Position numbers and translations under genes: made by a program
The notes under the pieces: model-generated
The model's input: the letters and a program-made list of their open reading frames with translations, nothing else
Told to the model about the DNA's origin: nothing
Databases searched by the model: none
Shown here: in pieces, positions 41,787 to 55,140 of the stretch
How the letters are laid out: the number at the start of each line of letters is the position of its first letter
Numbering within the stretch: the stretch's first letter is position 1
DNA from: Catajapyx aquilonaris
Taxonomy: Eukaryota
Assembly: GCA_000934665.2 (NCBI GenBank)
Contig: KZ538006.1
Span: forward strand, 310,001 to 374,000
Direction of reading: 5' to 3'
DNA length: 64,000 bases

Positions 41787-43261
41787 ATGATGAACGCGCT
41801 GACCAACCAGCAGGTGGGACAGTTTGTGCTCAGTTTGGGGGTTGTTCTAATGACGGTTGTAATGTGGGGGGTGTTCTGATTAGAACAGTGGAACATAGCA
41901 ATGTTTTTTTTAAATGTGTTCTTTAGGCTGTGAGCAACCTGCAGAGCACCGCAGAGAGAGAGAAGATCTACCAGTGGATCACCGAGCTGTCCAACCCGGA
42001 CACTAGGGAGAGCGCACTGCTTGAGCTCAGGTGAGGATGGGAAGACAACCGAGGGCGGTTACGCTGAAGTCACAGCATCATTGAAGAAGGGATCAAATTT
42101 GCACTTCCTGAACCACTTGTTTTTTTCAGCAAAAAGCGAGAGAGTGTTCCGGAACTTGCTCCGATGCTATGGCATTCGTTTGGGACTATTGCGGCCCTTC
42201 TTCAGGAGATCATCAATATCTATCCGGCTGTGAATCCGGCGACCCTGACTGCCCATCAGTCTAACCGGGTCTGTAATGCCCTGGCCCTTCTGCAGTGTGT
42301 GGCCTCCCATCAGGAGACACGTTCTGCTTTTCTGCAGGCACATATCCCGCTCTTCCTATACCCTTTCCTCAACACTGTAAGCAAGACCAGGCCCTTTGAA
42401 TACTTGAGACTCACTAGCCTTGGTGTCATTGGTGCACTTGTTAAGGTGAGTTTGTTGTAGAAGCTGGACAATGCCACGATTGCATCTGATTGTGGGGAAA
42501 GTTTTCTGATTTGTGATAATGCCGTTTATTTTGCAGACTGACGAGCAGGAAGTTATTAACTTCCTACTGACCACAGAGATAATTCCGCTATGTCTGCGTA
42601 TCATGGAGAGTGGGTCGGAGCTCTCAAAGACTGTTGCCACTTTTATACTGCAGAAGATCTTACTGGATGACAATGGCCTGTCATACATTTGCCAGACTTA
42701 TGACCGATTCTCTCATGTGGCCATGATCTTGGTAAATTACATATTATTATTGATGCAGCAAGATGTTGGTTTACTAATGACACTATATTCGCAGGGGAAA
42801 ATGGTCTTGTCACTTGCCAAAGATCCGTCTGCCCGCCTTCTGAAGCATGTCATCCGTTGTTACTTGCGATTGTCGGACAATCCTAGGTAATGTATGGATT
42901 AGTAGTGCATTGCAAGGAATTTCAATGTTGATCAAGGAATAGCGGCGAAGAGTTTTGCATGTAGACCTGACTTTTAAATTTCTCTATAATTACACAGTTG
43001 ACGAACTTGTGAAATAGAAGCTTCTGTACATTAACACTGGTTACTATCAAAAAGTGATGTCATTAATTTCCTTTGTGCAGGGCTCGAGAGGCATTGCGTC
43101 AGTGCCTGCCAGATCAGTTGAAGGACAACACTTTTGCCAACTGCCTGAAAGACGACAAGTCTACAAAGCACTGGCTGACTCAACTCCTGAAGAATCTGGA
43201 GACCACTGGACCAACTGTGGGTGACCCTCGTGTTGGATTGCCCAATATGATGGCACAGTAG
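41787..43261 (+). CDS. CNOT9: CCR4-NOT subunit 9 (Rcd-1/RQCD1/CAF40), ~6 coding exons
   Basis: [71 protein letters not shown]...[17 protein letters not shown]...[59 protein letters not shown]...[16 protein letters not shown]. Confidence 0.96.
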
Positions 43262-44255
43262 CCTTCGCATGTGAAGGTGGGTTGGGGGAAAGGAAGGAAG
43301 TGTTGGGTGGAATTAAGCAGGGTTGATGATCATTTCTGCTGCCAGTCTTCTTCTTGTATTGTTTTGAAAAAGAGTCATGTTCTTGTTGGTACTGCTTTAA
43401 TACCCCCACTTTTTCATGTGCCAGTTTATGTAATGAACACTGCCATGTTTTTCTTTGCACAAGAAACTGGGCAGGACTCAATGCTTATTGGTACAATCAT
43501 GCAGCTGAAGATGCAATGTTGCTTTGATTGACTCTGCTTGGCATATACGGCAAGTTACATGCAAGTACAAAAAGCACAAAAACGTATGCAGCTTGCTTTA
43601 AAACCGTTTGTGTACAAAGATGTAGGGTAAGACTTGACTGCCTTTTGCAAGTGAGATTATAATGTATTTAGATTCTCTGGTGATTTTTGGTACATGCCTG
43701 CATACACTTCGGCTGAAGACAGCATGGGTATACAAGGTAAACTGCTTCTGCAATTCAACTGCATTTCATTTTTTGTGGCATGTAACCTTCAGTTCTACTT
43801 TTGAAGTGTGAATGGAAATAACAGCCAAATCATGAAATTCTGCGATCCTGTTATAATATGTGATAAGATGTGTAAAGCTGTGAACAGTATTTTGTTCATT
43901 TTTTTTTAATGTTAGGAAAGAAGTTTAGCAAGAAAAGTACGAGTGGGTATCGTTGAGAATTAAATGATGAAAATGTGAGCTAGGGAAATGATGAGACATA
44001 TGCTGAGACTTAAGCAAAAAAATATTAATTTTATTTTTATTTGGCCATTGCGTGAACACAGTGAGATTTATTTACTTGTGAACATAATATGGAGCTTACT
44101 TTCTCTGGTTTATCTCGTTTAATCCAGCCTGCAGCCATTTTTGATGAAGAAGGGGTAAAAAAATGTGGTGCCCTTAATTTGCTGGAAGTGTAATTGTATA
44201 CTATGGACTGTAAAAATATTATATAAAAAAGAAATGAGACAAATAAAGTGCTCGC

Positions 44256-46951
44256 TCAGGAGTTAACATAATGTACACTTCCATCACTGGCCATGCACAT
44301 CCTGAGAGCTTGTTGGGAAAGGTGGAGCTCATTGTATGGAGCGCTCACCAGTAGATCCATCTCGTCAATGTATTTGCAAAACTGAGCAATGGCCTCCTCC
44401 CCCCTGTCCATGCAATCCAGCCCTTCCTGGTAGTGGGTCCGAGCGTCTTCCATTCTCCTGGTAACCCATCCAGGGTCAGGGCACGTCCCACACTTGGAGC
44501 AGGGGCGTCCTACGAGAGCCACCTGCCCTCGAGGGCAGCAGAGGCACCTTGCGTAGATTCGATCCGAGGCGGCCAAGTCTTCAAACAAGCCCCAATCCTC
44601 CATGCATGCAGGGCAAAGGCAGTTGAACCAATAGCGGGAGCTGAGCGATTTCAGTCGCTCCGATCGGCGCTTGTGGGTGAAGATGGGACCATAGTTCTCT
44701 GCAATCATCTCCCCTTGTTTTATGGGGCGGATGGCACGTATCACTATGTGAGTTCCGTTAAAGTACCTAGGAAGGTCAAAAGGTGATGTTGGAAATTGTT
44801 AAAATGTCAGCCATGTACTAAAGTAGCTGTTACTGTACCTTGTGACTCCAGGGTAACAAGAATGGTTGAAGCAAGCGACTGTTGGATAGAGAGCCACTCC
44901 AATGTACACAGACTTCGATCCTTTGAAATGCCCTGGCGATGCCATTTGGTACTCATGCACCTCATGGGCATTGAACTGGAGGAACTGAAGATGGTGCAGC
45001 AGCAGACGGCCAATGAGCACCTCATTATCACTTAGATTCATTCCTTCTGTGAAAATGGCGGGCATGAAACGTGGAACTGTTCCACCAAAGGAAGCAGCGG
45101 CACATCCTACCTTGTGATTCCTCTTCACCGAAGAATGTCGTCTTTCTTAGGCATTGGAGAAGAAACACTGCCATGAGACTCCTGTCCAAAAAGTCATCAG
45201 GGCAACGCTTGTCCTGCAGTGTCACTAGACTGAACACATGCAGGTACTGGTTGGAAGGGGTGTCCAACTGGATGCGAGTGTCCGTTGGGTTGTACTTCAA
45301 CTCCGGTGCCATCTGAAAATGTTGGAGGGTAATATGGTCGTTAACGCAGCATGACTGTGTTACTAACCTCCTTGAAGAATTCCAACCCTGACTGAGTGAG
45401 CATCCTGAGGGCCACATGACACAAGATGCTCATCCCAGAACCAATGAGAAGGTCCATGAGTGGACACTCGTATCGGTGGTAAGTGCCACAAGCCACATCC
45501 TTGCACTGAGCACTGCAGAAGACCACTCCGCTGCACCAAATGCATCCTACAGGCGCTTTTAGCCTGTGGGAAAGAAAACAGTTGTGACGGCCGATTGTAC
45601 AATACTTGCATCGGAAGTGTCTTATATCAGTTACGGTGGTTTCTTAAGCTAAAGTTATCTCTACTCAGGTTGCTACTCAAGGATGTGTGATGGTCATATG
45701 GTAGTTCCACTTACAGTTAGATGACAACCAGAGGAGAGATCACTTGATTATTGTACGAGAGAATTGAGTGGGCCTGAAAAGTGGATACCTGGCAAAGCAG
45801 TGGTGGCAATGTGTCCCAAATTTGTCTGGAAGAAGACAAGCTGCATATGGCTTCTCCTCAACTAGTATGTCCCCGGTCTTTACATCCTCGGCTGCCACAG
45901 CATACCTTCCACTTTCAGGATCGTACTGGACCGCCACGCAATTAGCGCGGTGGATGTCGTCAGTCAAGGCTTGCTTCTGCAAGCCACTCTCTGGAGGAGG
46001 ACTACCTAACCTATCCACCTCCTTTTTCAGCATCGCTGCTTTTTCCTTCTGCTTCTGTGCTCCCATGCTGGAGTCTTCCAGCGACCGAATGGCCAACTGG
46101 AACGCTACCCTGGCCTTGGCTGGACTCTGAAGCTGCTGGTAGCAACGACCCATGCGTTCAAAGAGCTTGTGTCTGAGGGACAGGGGGTAGTTTTCTCGCA
46201 GTGACAACTGGATGTCCTGCAGGCATGATGATGGGTCCTTGAGATGAAGCAGTGCGGCAGAACGGTTGGCCAGAGACAACGACAGGACATGAGTGCCATC
46301 CTCAGTCGTTCCATTGATGGATGCTACAAGAAGGTTCGAATCAGCATACATTGTTGCATTGTTGCACTTATACTCACTGATTGAAGAATAAGGAGCCCGC
46401 ACTACACTTTGGCTGTAGAGCAGGAGTGCCTGCCTATAGTCCTTCCTTTGAAAGGCTGCGTTTCCAGCCTCCTTCTTCCTCTCTGCCTCCGCTATGTCTT
46501 TTGGCTTGAATATGGGCCGCAGTGAGAGGGAATGAGCTGCAGGTAAAAGCCAGCAGAACCGAAACCTCTCTTCATCAGACTTCAACTGGGAGAACCTGCA
46601 TGATAGTCGGACAACAATCAATTTAAAATGAAGAGCACCACAATTGCACTACATATTTTAAAATTTATTGGAAGATATGTTATCATCATGCCATCATGTC
46701 ATACTGATATAAATTCATGATTTTTTTACATGTTTAATAATAATTTAATATTATGGTGCATTTTGCAACTGCACTGCTGCAGTATAATGTATATGAAGGC
46801 AGGGGTCATAAGTTCACGAATGACCTTACCTAAAGACCAGATCTGGTCCACTCTGTTCTCTCACGTATCCCACGAAATCCTTGAAGAAACCTTCCTTCTT
46901 GGTCTGCAGCGTAATGGAACTGCACATCGTCTTGTACAGTTCCGCGTCCAT
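44256..46951 (-). CDS. SET and MYND domain protein, SMYD4-like (TPR + split SET/MYND)
   Basis: TPR-like KKEAGNAAFQRKDYRQALLLYSQS and LANRSAALLHL; SET-N GRYAVAAEDVKTGDILVEEKPYA; MYND CHHC...CIWC...FCSAQC...HRYEC; SET FNHSCYP, ENYGP; post-SET YWFNCLCPAC. The start could be an upstream in-frame codon. Confidence 0.88.
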
Positions 46952-48276
46952 TTTTTTTTTCACTCCCTGACGATTTATTGCAACATTCAGCAGAAAGTTG
47001 GCACCACCTGCGACGCAATACATGTTCAATGACCACGTTGTACCATACTCCATAGTACCACAATTTCATTCATGCTTCGTTTTAAATTCTAAGAAAGGTG
47101 TGGTCGCAATCTCGGGCGACACGAAAGGATGCAATCCGGTCTGTGACTCATCACTATAACCACACAAAAAATGACAAGAGGAAACTGGTACTAACCTCAA
47201 CCATATCATTAGATGTCATTTAATTGGTGAGATATGAAGATGTGTTGTTTACTTACGTGTGAAAAATTTGAGTGTTTGAGGTCCAGACGAAGCGTGTGCA
47301 GGAATCAGGCAGACATGGCTCCCCTTACCCGGTTTAGTAGTTTGCCAGGACCAAAATAGCAATCGGCAGGCTCATGGATGAGGTGAAAATACTCTTCTGG
47401 AGGGATTTTAGGGACTGGATGGGCCTGCTGCTGCTTGGGTGGGTCACACATATGCTCAGCATCATCCAGCCATATATGGACAGGAAATTTAGGCCATTTG
47501 AATTAAAAAAAGAAAAACAATGTTTTCATACACATTTATTCAGACACACACTGTACCGGAATGGTTTCATTCACAACCCTTCACCTCGCCTGGAACAATG
47601 CCCCTTCAAGTAAGGCAATAAATGAAAATAATGTGCAGGCAATAATCAAACTATAGTGTGATGACACAATAAGTTATGTACAAACGCAAAACTTGAGCTT
47701 AAACAGACTCGCGTGCTGCCTAAAAAATTAATATTATAATACAAGTTGGACGGACTTGGGTCAAAGGGCGCAGGGGTCAACACAAAGATTGACCTCGGCT
47801 GGCATTAACATCTAAGTACTCTAACCTATTCTGGTTGAACCAGATTTATAAACTCAACATGAATTTTTTCACAGAAAAATGCATGTCATTTACTTGCAGA
47901 ATTATTGGCTGTGAAATTACCACCTGTCAGTTGTTAGGAATTATTCTTTTTGAGCATATTTTTGTGCGCGATAATTGCTGAGGATGTTCGATATAGCAAT
48001 TGGTCAAAATATACAAAATGTAACGACTAGACGCATCCCTCTGCAATTAATTTTTGTTGATTTTGCCAATTAATTACGCAACTCTATAGTGAACTAACCA
48101 GCGGAAAGTCTTGAAATCTATGTTGCACATGCCTCTTGCAGAATATCATAATACTCGAAAATTGTCGGAAATACTGCAAAATATTGCACTCCAATTACTG
48201 TAATACACTTTGATCTGAGGTGTCTCTTGTGCACTTTGTCACTCTCTGGCAGTAGACCGAAACATCACAGTTGCTT

Positions 48277-51200
48277 CTACAGTTCCGTCTGTCGACGACT
48301 GAGCTTCTCGTCGAAACTGTCATTAGGATTGTTGTCACTAGCAGCTGGCGAGGGTGCCAGGGCTGGATTGTCGTACGCGGCGTACTCCGGAGGTGCCGCA
48401 CTCTCTGAGGGTTCCCTCCTGTAGTGTCGGTGGTGCTGTCTTCTCATGGAACCCGTCGGGGTGGACAGAGTGGTGACGCAGGTGCCTGGGGTGCCAGGAC
48501 TGGTGCCAGAGCCAGAGTTGGTGCTCTCCCTCGACTCGTTGGGGTTGTTGGTCGTGGTCTCTGGCGCCTGTTGATGGTGCCTCTGGTGCAGGTTGGAAGC
48601 CTTTGGTGGAGGTACAGACAGAGTTGTGGTGCTGCTGCCGCTCGAGAAGTTGTTGTTGGACACCACTGCTTCCGATGACTGAAGCTGGAAATGTAGGAGT
48701 GGAGTCACAACTATACAGTTAGCTGCTTTTAAAGTGTTAAGACCGTTACTCTTTGATCCGTGTCGTATGATTACTTCCGTTACTTTTGCATACGGTCATT
48801 ATTGTTGCATTGCGTCGTTACTTTCAGGAAGTATACGCGTCTTACTGTAGAACATGAAAGGTTACGAAAGGTAATCACTTTTGTTATGCGGTGGCATGAC
48901 AAATAACTAAGTTATTTTTGACTAAATAGGGGCTAATCACATTTTAGGAAAAATTATCACATTGGTTATGGTGACATAATAAATAGCTGCAATAGTTATT
49001 GACTAAATCACTTTACTATAACTATAGGAGTGAGTCACATTTTACCGCTGTCGTAAGTGTAAGAAGCAACTAAATATTTTTTAAAGTATACTCTGAACAC
49101 TGATATTCTGATAACCTTCACTCATTTTATTACGAAATAATATTTAATGAGTGCAGTTTTAGGTCAATATTGTAGAGCTCACTGTGTTACGCAAATAGAG
49201 CCTGAATCATCACCTGGCTATGAAAATCTATGCTGCACTTATCGTCGTATTGTCGGCAGCACGTTCTGATGTCTCAAACTGTTTTATGCAAGTTCGTGAA
49301 AGCTATGAATCATATGGTGTGGCCATGATTTTGTGGGACGCACATATTGTTTCCTCAGACAGCTATCTGCTTTGTTATTGTCGTGCGTGGCCTCGATTGT
49401 TCCTCTGACCTGCACGTACGCGAGTTAGTCATACAATATAGTTGCACTCGGTACCAAAATGTGCACTTACCTTTTGAGCAAAAAGATCCATTTCGCGATT
49501 TTCCACTCGATCTGCACATTTCTTCCTTCTGTTTTTGTGTATGTACACGCCCACTAGTAATACCACGGCCAGGAACATCAGAGAGGTCATCACCAAAGCC
49601 AGGATCACGATGATGACCAGTGTGTCTATGTAGGACTCCAAACTTTTCACAACTGTTGACACATCAAGAAAGAAACGCATTAGAAAAAATCCATCATGGG
49701 TACAAAAATTATTATTAAACCCCACTGGAAAGTGTGTAATTTACAATGTGTGGAACGATCGATGCAAAACGTTTGCATCTTGCTTTATAAAATCACGAAA
49801 TTTTTCACCAGTGACATTGACCTACATCACTTCTCAAATGACACTTGTGCAAAGTATATTTTGTACATTTTTATTAAACACAAAAATATGTGGGGGAGTT
49901 GAATTTGCACAAGTTTGGTCTCAAACTATTGTGGAATATGTCGCCCAACTTCGGTTACATAAAAGAATGTCACTTGTTGTCTTAACAATGTTTTAAGAAG
50001 AGTAATAATGTCACGCAATTGGAACAGTTTTTTATTAATACTCTGTGAGAGGTCAGTGATCCGTGCATTGGCGCCAATTCTTTCCTCGAAGTCTTTCCGG
50101 ATCTTGTTTCGAGCGTAAGATTACGAGGAATGCATCATTGGCTCGTGGCCACTATTGTTACACAGGAACACCGACGATTCTTCTCACGGAGTTAGGTTCG
50201 GTCCTGTGTCGCATTTGCAATAAGGCTCGGGACCTCCCCCTCGGGAGGTATTTGTAAGCAACAACATAAGCATCTTTCCCCCCCTTTCTGATCCAACTCT
50301 TGCTTGCATGGGCTGCATGTGCACGTGTTGCTCGTACTATGTGTTTATGCATCATTGGCCTATATCGATAACCACCCCTTTTGTTTTGTTTGGTAGGAAG
50401 TGCAAGGCACGGGGCAATTACTTGAGACGGAACAATAGATGATTGCAAAACGGGGGTTGCGAATTTATTATCAGACATTTCGTTCAGTATTGAGCCACTA
50501 TCAAACACAATATTAACTTTATGAATAAACTTGTAAATATTATTACTGCCCTAACATGAGTGTACTAAGTATAAGTAAGTAAATAAATAAATAACGTACG
50601 TACGATACGGTACACATTCAAACGTATTTCGGAATACCACATGTGATATTATATGCAACACATATTATGAAGTCTATTACATGCTATAATTACCAATAGC
50701 AATTTAATCAATTGATGTAACTTTATGCAGTGTGAGATGTGCAGTTTGCCAAGATGCTATTTCGATTTCTGAGTAGAAATCTTCACGTGTTTTTTTTTTT
50801 TAAAGCGGACAGGGGTGCCATATTTAGAATGGAAGAGTATATTAATAGGCCTACTATACATGCAACGAAGAGCCGTATCTAACTAGCCTTTTTTTATACA
50901 AATTTCTTGAAGTTTACGGTACTTGAATTTCTCAGAATTTTTCCGTTTCACAATGGACCATATTTCCCGTGCAGCGTAGTTTAATTCCTAATAACCTTGG
51001 GTGGGCGTTAAAAAAAAAAAAAAGATGTTTCAAGGCCAAGGGGTATTCTGCCCATGATGACGACAAACTTGGACTTCTCTGACCATCTTTGAGTTCATGT
51101 CGTTTCCACAACATCTTCTGCTGCCATACATATTTTCGCATAATAATTAATATTTCGTACAACTTTTTTTATAAATATTTTTCAATAACGGCATATACAT

Positions 51201-52269
51201 ACTTTTGTAATGCTATACTTACGCTTACTTCGTATTTCCTGGTCATATGCGCTCCCGCCGCTGTTGTTTTTTGTCACATACTTGCTATCATGGAGGTAAT
51301 CTGTAAGATGACCATAGAAGAATCTTACGTAAGTCCCACTCAACATGAAAATAATGGTAAGATCTTCAAGTGTTATCAGTAGGGTGGTGTAAGCTGAGGG
51401 ACACTTGGAGACTCAACAAGGCGCCGTGGCTTAGTTGGTTAAAGCGCCTGTCTAGTAAACAGGAGATCGAGGGTTCGAATCCCTCCGGGGCCTCTTTTTG
51501 CTTTTTTCTCTTTTTTGGAGGGGGGCAAAACTTGCAATCGATTTAGAATCAAAATTAAATTACAAAAGATGGCAGCACCATAATTAATTTGCGTCCTTGT
51601 ACACAGCGGCCTAATTAAGATGTAGATTGCGGATAAATGGGTGTAACTTTGAATGGGCTGCAATTTTAAGCTAATCAATCGACAACCATCTGACACGAAC
51701 GTGTCTTTAAAATATGCGCAATGCAGCATAAATATTCATGGCAGTTTAATATTCAGAATTGTATTCACAAACGGTGTTGCGTTAGGCCCAACAGAGTGGC
51801 ACACTTTCCACAATGATGCACGAAATTTACAATTTACTCATAATTTTACAGCCTAATGTCTAGTACTGTGTAAACGCAAAAGATTTTTTTCCATCTAATT
51901 TGTACTGGTTCTCATTACATCAGTGCATTGGTTAGAAATGCATTGTTTGCCCCCAGCAACACCTATTGCTTCATTTAATTCCTATGCACACGACTTTTCC
52001 GAAGTTTTTCGAACGCAACAGGTGTCCACCCACACTAGCAACTTGCCTTGGCACTGCGACTCACACACGATGGACTGGTAGTTGGCCCTGGTAGGGTCAC
52101 ACACATCCTGACACGGATGACACAGATGGTCAAAACTGGAGCAGTACTGGTGTTCCTGGCACCTTATATCACCACACTCCTTGGACAAACTCAACCCCGC
52201 CACAACCCCCTTACCACCCAAACTCAGCACCAAAATGGTCCCCAACCCTCCAAACACCAACACCCGCAT
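48277..52269 (-). CDS. grnd: TNF receptor grindelwald-like, 4 coding exons
   Basis: Signal peptide; single CRD CGDIRCQEHQYCSSFDHLCHPCQDVCDPTRANYQSIVCESQCQ|DYLHD; TM LVIIVILALVMTSLMFLAVVLLVGVYI; cytoplasmic EPSE...AYDNPAL and C-terminal PDZ-type motif QTEL*. Confidence 0.85.
51420..51493 (+). tRNA. tRNA-Thr (AGT), antisense within grnd intron 1
   Basis: Identical 74-nt copy followed by cttttt. Confidence 0.97.
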
Positions 52270-54169
52270 TTTTAACACCTTTTGAAGGGTGCAGGTCACA
52301 CCGTAACACTCACATTTCGGTCAACTAACTTAAACTACTCGAGAGTTGCACCGTACTACAACCGTACCGCCCACGCACCTCCGGAAGAATGCTTGGTTGG
52401 CTCTTCCACGAAAGCGGAGGCTACCAGCCAATGGTGGAGGACTGGAGGGGAACATACTAAGGGGGCTGGGGGGTGGTGGAAAAAAAGGTACTATGCACCT
52501 GCACGGTTTTTCCAATGGCCTTCAGGCTATTGTTCCGTAAAATTTCCTGGAACAATTTTTTAAATACATATCACCAATATAATGGCACAGATCTGTTTAA
52601 TGTTGGATATATATTTTTATTGAAAATTAAGGTATTATATGTACAGGTGTGGCAGATGACGTCATCAGGGTTCACATTCCTTCCGTTTTGTCCAAGGGTG
52701 GACCTTGAGGGTTGGGAAGGGTTCCGTAAACAAGTGCAGGTTGGGGGGTTACTTTTCAAAACCTGTTAGAAGTTGAGGGCAGGTATGTTACAGGAAGGTG
52801 GGGGTCCCTCTCTCATGTATAGGGTGACATCATTTCCAGTTGGGACTAAATGGATTGTGATTTGCATCTGGATGCAGCGAATTTGCACACAGATGGCGTG
52901 TCTAACTGATGGTGACGGGGCTGAATTTTTGATCAGCACAGGGTGTTTCATAACCCATTATCATTACCAATATCCTGACAGGTATGCATCCTTGATCCGA
53001 TGCCATTTTCATTTAAAATATATGGGCGGGGTCGTGTAATTTAAATTTAAATGAGATCTCATCAGGTGTAACAGGATGTTAGGATTTTACAAGAGTACAC
53101 CTGTAATAATGTGTAAAACTGGGCAACATGCTGGGAGCGTGGGAGGCCCAACCCGTGCCAGGGAGTTGGATGGCCTGATGGGAAAGGCAGGATTTCCACT
53201 CCCATGGTGCAGTGTCCTTCGTTCAGATACCATCACCTGGATATAGGATATGGACCAGATTAATATTTCGGGTGTAAAATTGCGAGTATGACAGCAACAA
53301 AAGAGTTAGGGATCTACAAGAATTAGATACATAAAACTGGCCCTATACGAGGGGGGGATTGTGTACTAGTAATTGAAAACAATCAGCCTCATCGGAGGTT
53401 GCCAATAACGCCACGGTTAGAGTGGAATTTACCCCGATAAGATAGCTTTTCTGGTTATTAAAGCAATACAATGTTTACCGAATATTTCTATATGTTATCG
53501 AGCGTGACTATAGCAGTGTTATTGCAGTGCACATTACTGCGGCCTCATTAGTTAGATAAGTGGGGAAACATTAGGATTTCTTCACATATTATGCCAGCGC
53601 CTTCTCGGTATACAAAATATGTACAATCGTGTATGACGCATCGGTGTGTATAAGATTCGGGTGCATCGCGCTTACTCTTCCAAAAATGGTGTTGGCTGTG
53701 GGAGGAAACATTCTTCATAATCCGAGCTTATCGAACCTTCAAAGCAAATGCACAACAATCTGTGCGTACATACTGACTTACTGAGGCATGATGTATAATT
53801 ACTGCATGCTGTGCGCACAAGAATTATTAATGTAATATATTACTCTGTTAATATACTGAAATACGTACATGTAGACGGAGTGACAAACGTTTGTACTGTT
53901 TTACTACAAGTAATAAAAAATCAATAATAATTAATATAAGTACAGTGCAATTCCGCCATGAATTTGAACTAATTTCTTGTGCAAGCCGCTAATGGCGCTA
54001 CGTACTTAGTTAATCAGCCGTCAGATGGCAACACAGCTATGACATTCAGCACCATCTGGCGTCATCGGCACAAACCTTCAACACCTCTCCACATTTTTGG
54101 AGCTTAAAAACCAAAAAAATTCTAGTCCCAGACTTTTTTAAAAAACCAGCATAAAATTAGAGGAAAAAA

Positions 54170-55121
54170 ATGTCGTCCGTCAACGACATCACCTGCATCA
54201 CCACTCTGGGTAAGAAGGTGGCCTGCACTGACTGCAAGGCATGCGCCAAGAGAGCATGTGTCTGCGTAGGACGAGGCAAATTTATTCCAAAAGGTGCTCA
54301 TAACTACACACATTTATTGAATAATTATCATCAATATTTTAATGGGATATTAAGAATTTATTGGTTGAACTACAGTTGTTACTCGCAGAATAATCAGCCG
54401 TAAGAACTACGTCGGCTTTTTACACCGATTGTGTGATATACACCGTATTTTTATATTTATATATTACTTTATTGTGCGTTTATGATCCTCTTAATATTCT
54501 AGATGCAGTCGCCAAGCGGAAGAGTCACCATTCCGGTCTGCAGCTGGTTGAGTCGAGGACAAAGTGCATTCCGCCTAATCTGGTTGAACTAGCGCAGGAA
54601 ATACAGAGGGTAATACACCAGCACTTATCTCGTATTGTTATGCAATGTTATCAGAGCAATAATGCGACACAAATTCTATTAGATCTTGCTGAGAGCTCAG
54701 ATAAAAAGTTGTGCACCGTTGTTCGCAGGCTGATGTGACGGTCCGTGCAACTGCCTGCGGCAAACTCCAGGTGATAGTGGAGCAGGTGCGGTTCCTACAG
54801 GAGCAGGCCCGTCGTGTCCTGCAGGAAGCGAGGGAGGCTAATGATTTGCACCATGTCGCCTGCAACTTCCGGAAGATACCTGGCCACACGTACCATCTCT
54901 ACCAGCGTGAATCGGGGCAACGGTATTTCTCCATGCTGTCTCCTGAAGAGTGGGGAGCCAGCTGTCCGCACCAATTTTTAGGTACACACAGACTGGAACT
55001 AGATTTGTCGTGGACATCCGAGGAAAGGATGGAGGAAAGAGGAAGCCAGTATGAAATGATGAACAAGATTTTGGACACCAACCAGAACTTGAGCATTTCA
55101 TGTGCCCCCACGGAGCAGTAA
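54170..55121 (+). CDS. C1orf50 homolog (DUF2452), 3 exons
   Basis: MSSVNDITCITTL|DAVAK...LVELAQEIQR|ADVTVRATACGKLQVIVEQVRFLQEQARRVL...LHHVACNFRKIPGHTYHLYQRESGQRYFSMLSPEEWG...RLELDLSWT. Confidence 0.88.
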
Positions 55122-55140
55122 CAGTTAGCGTACATTTAGA

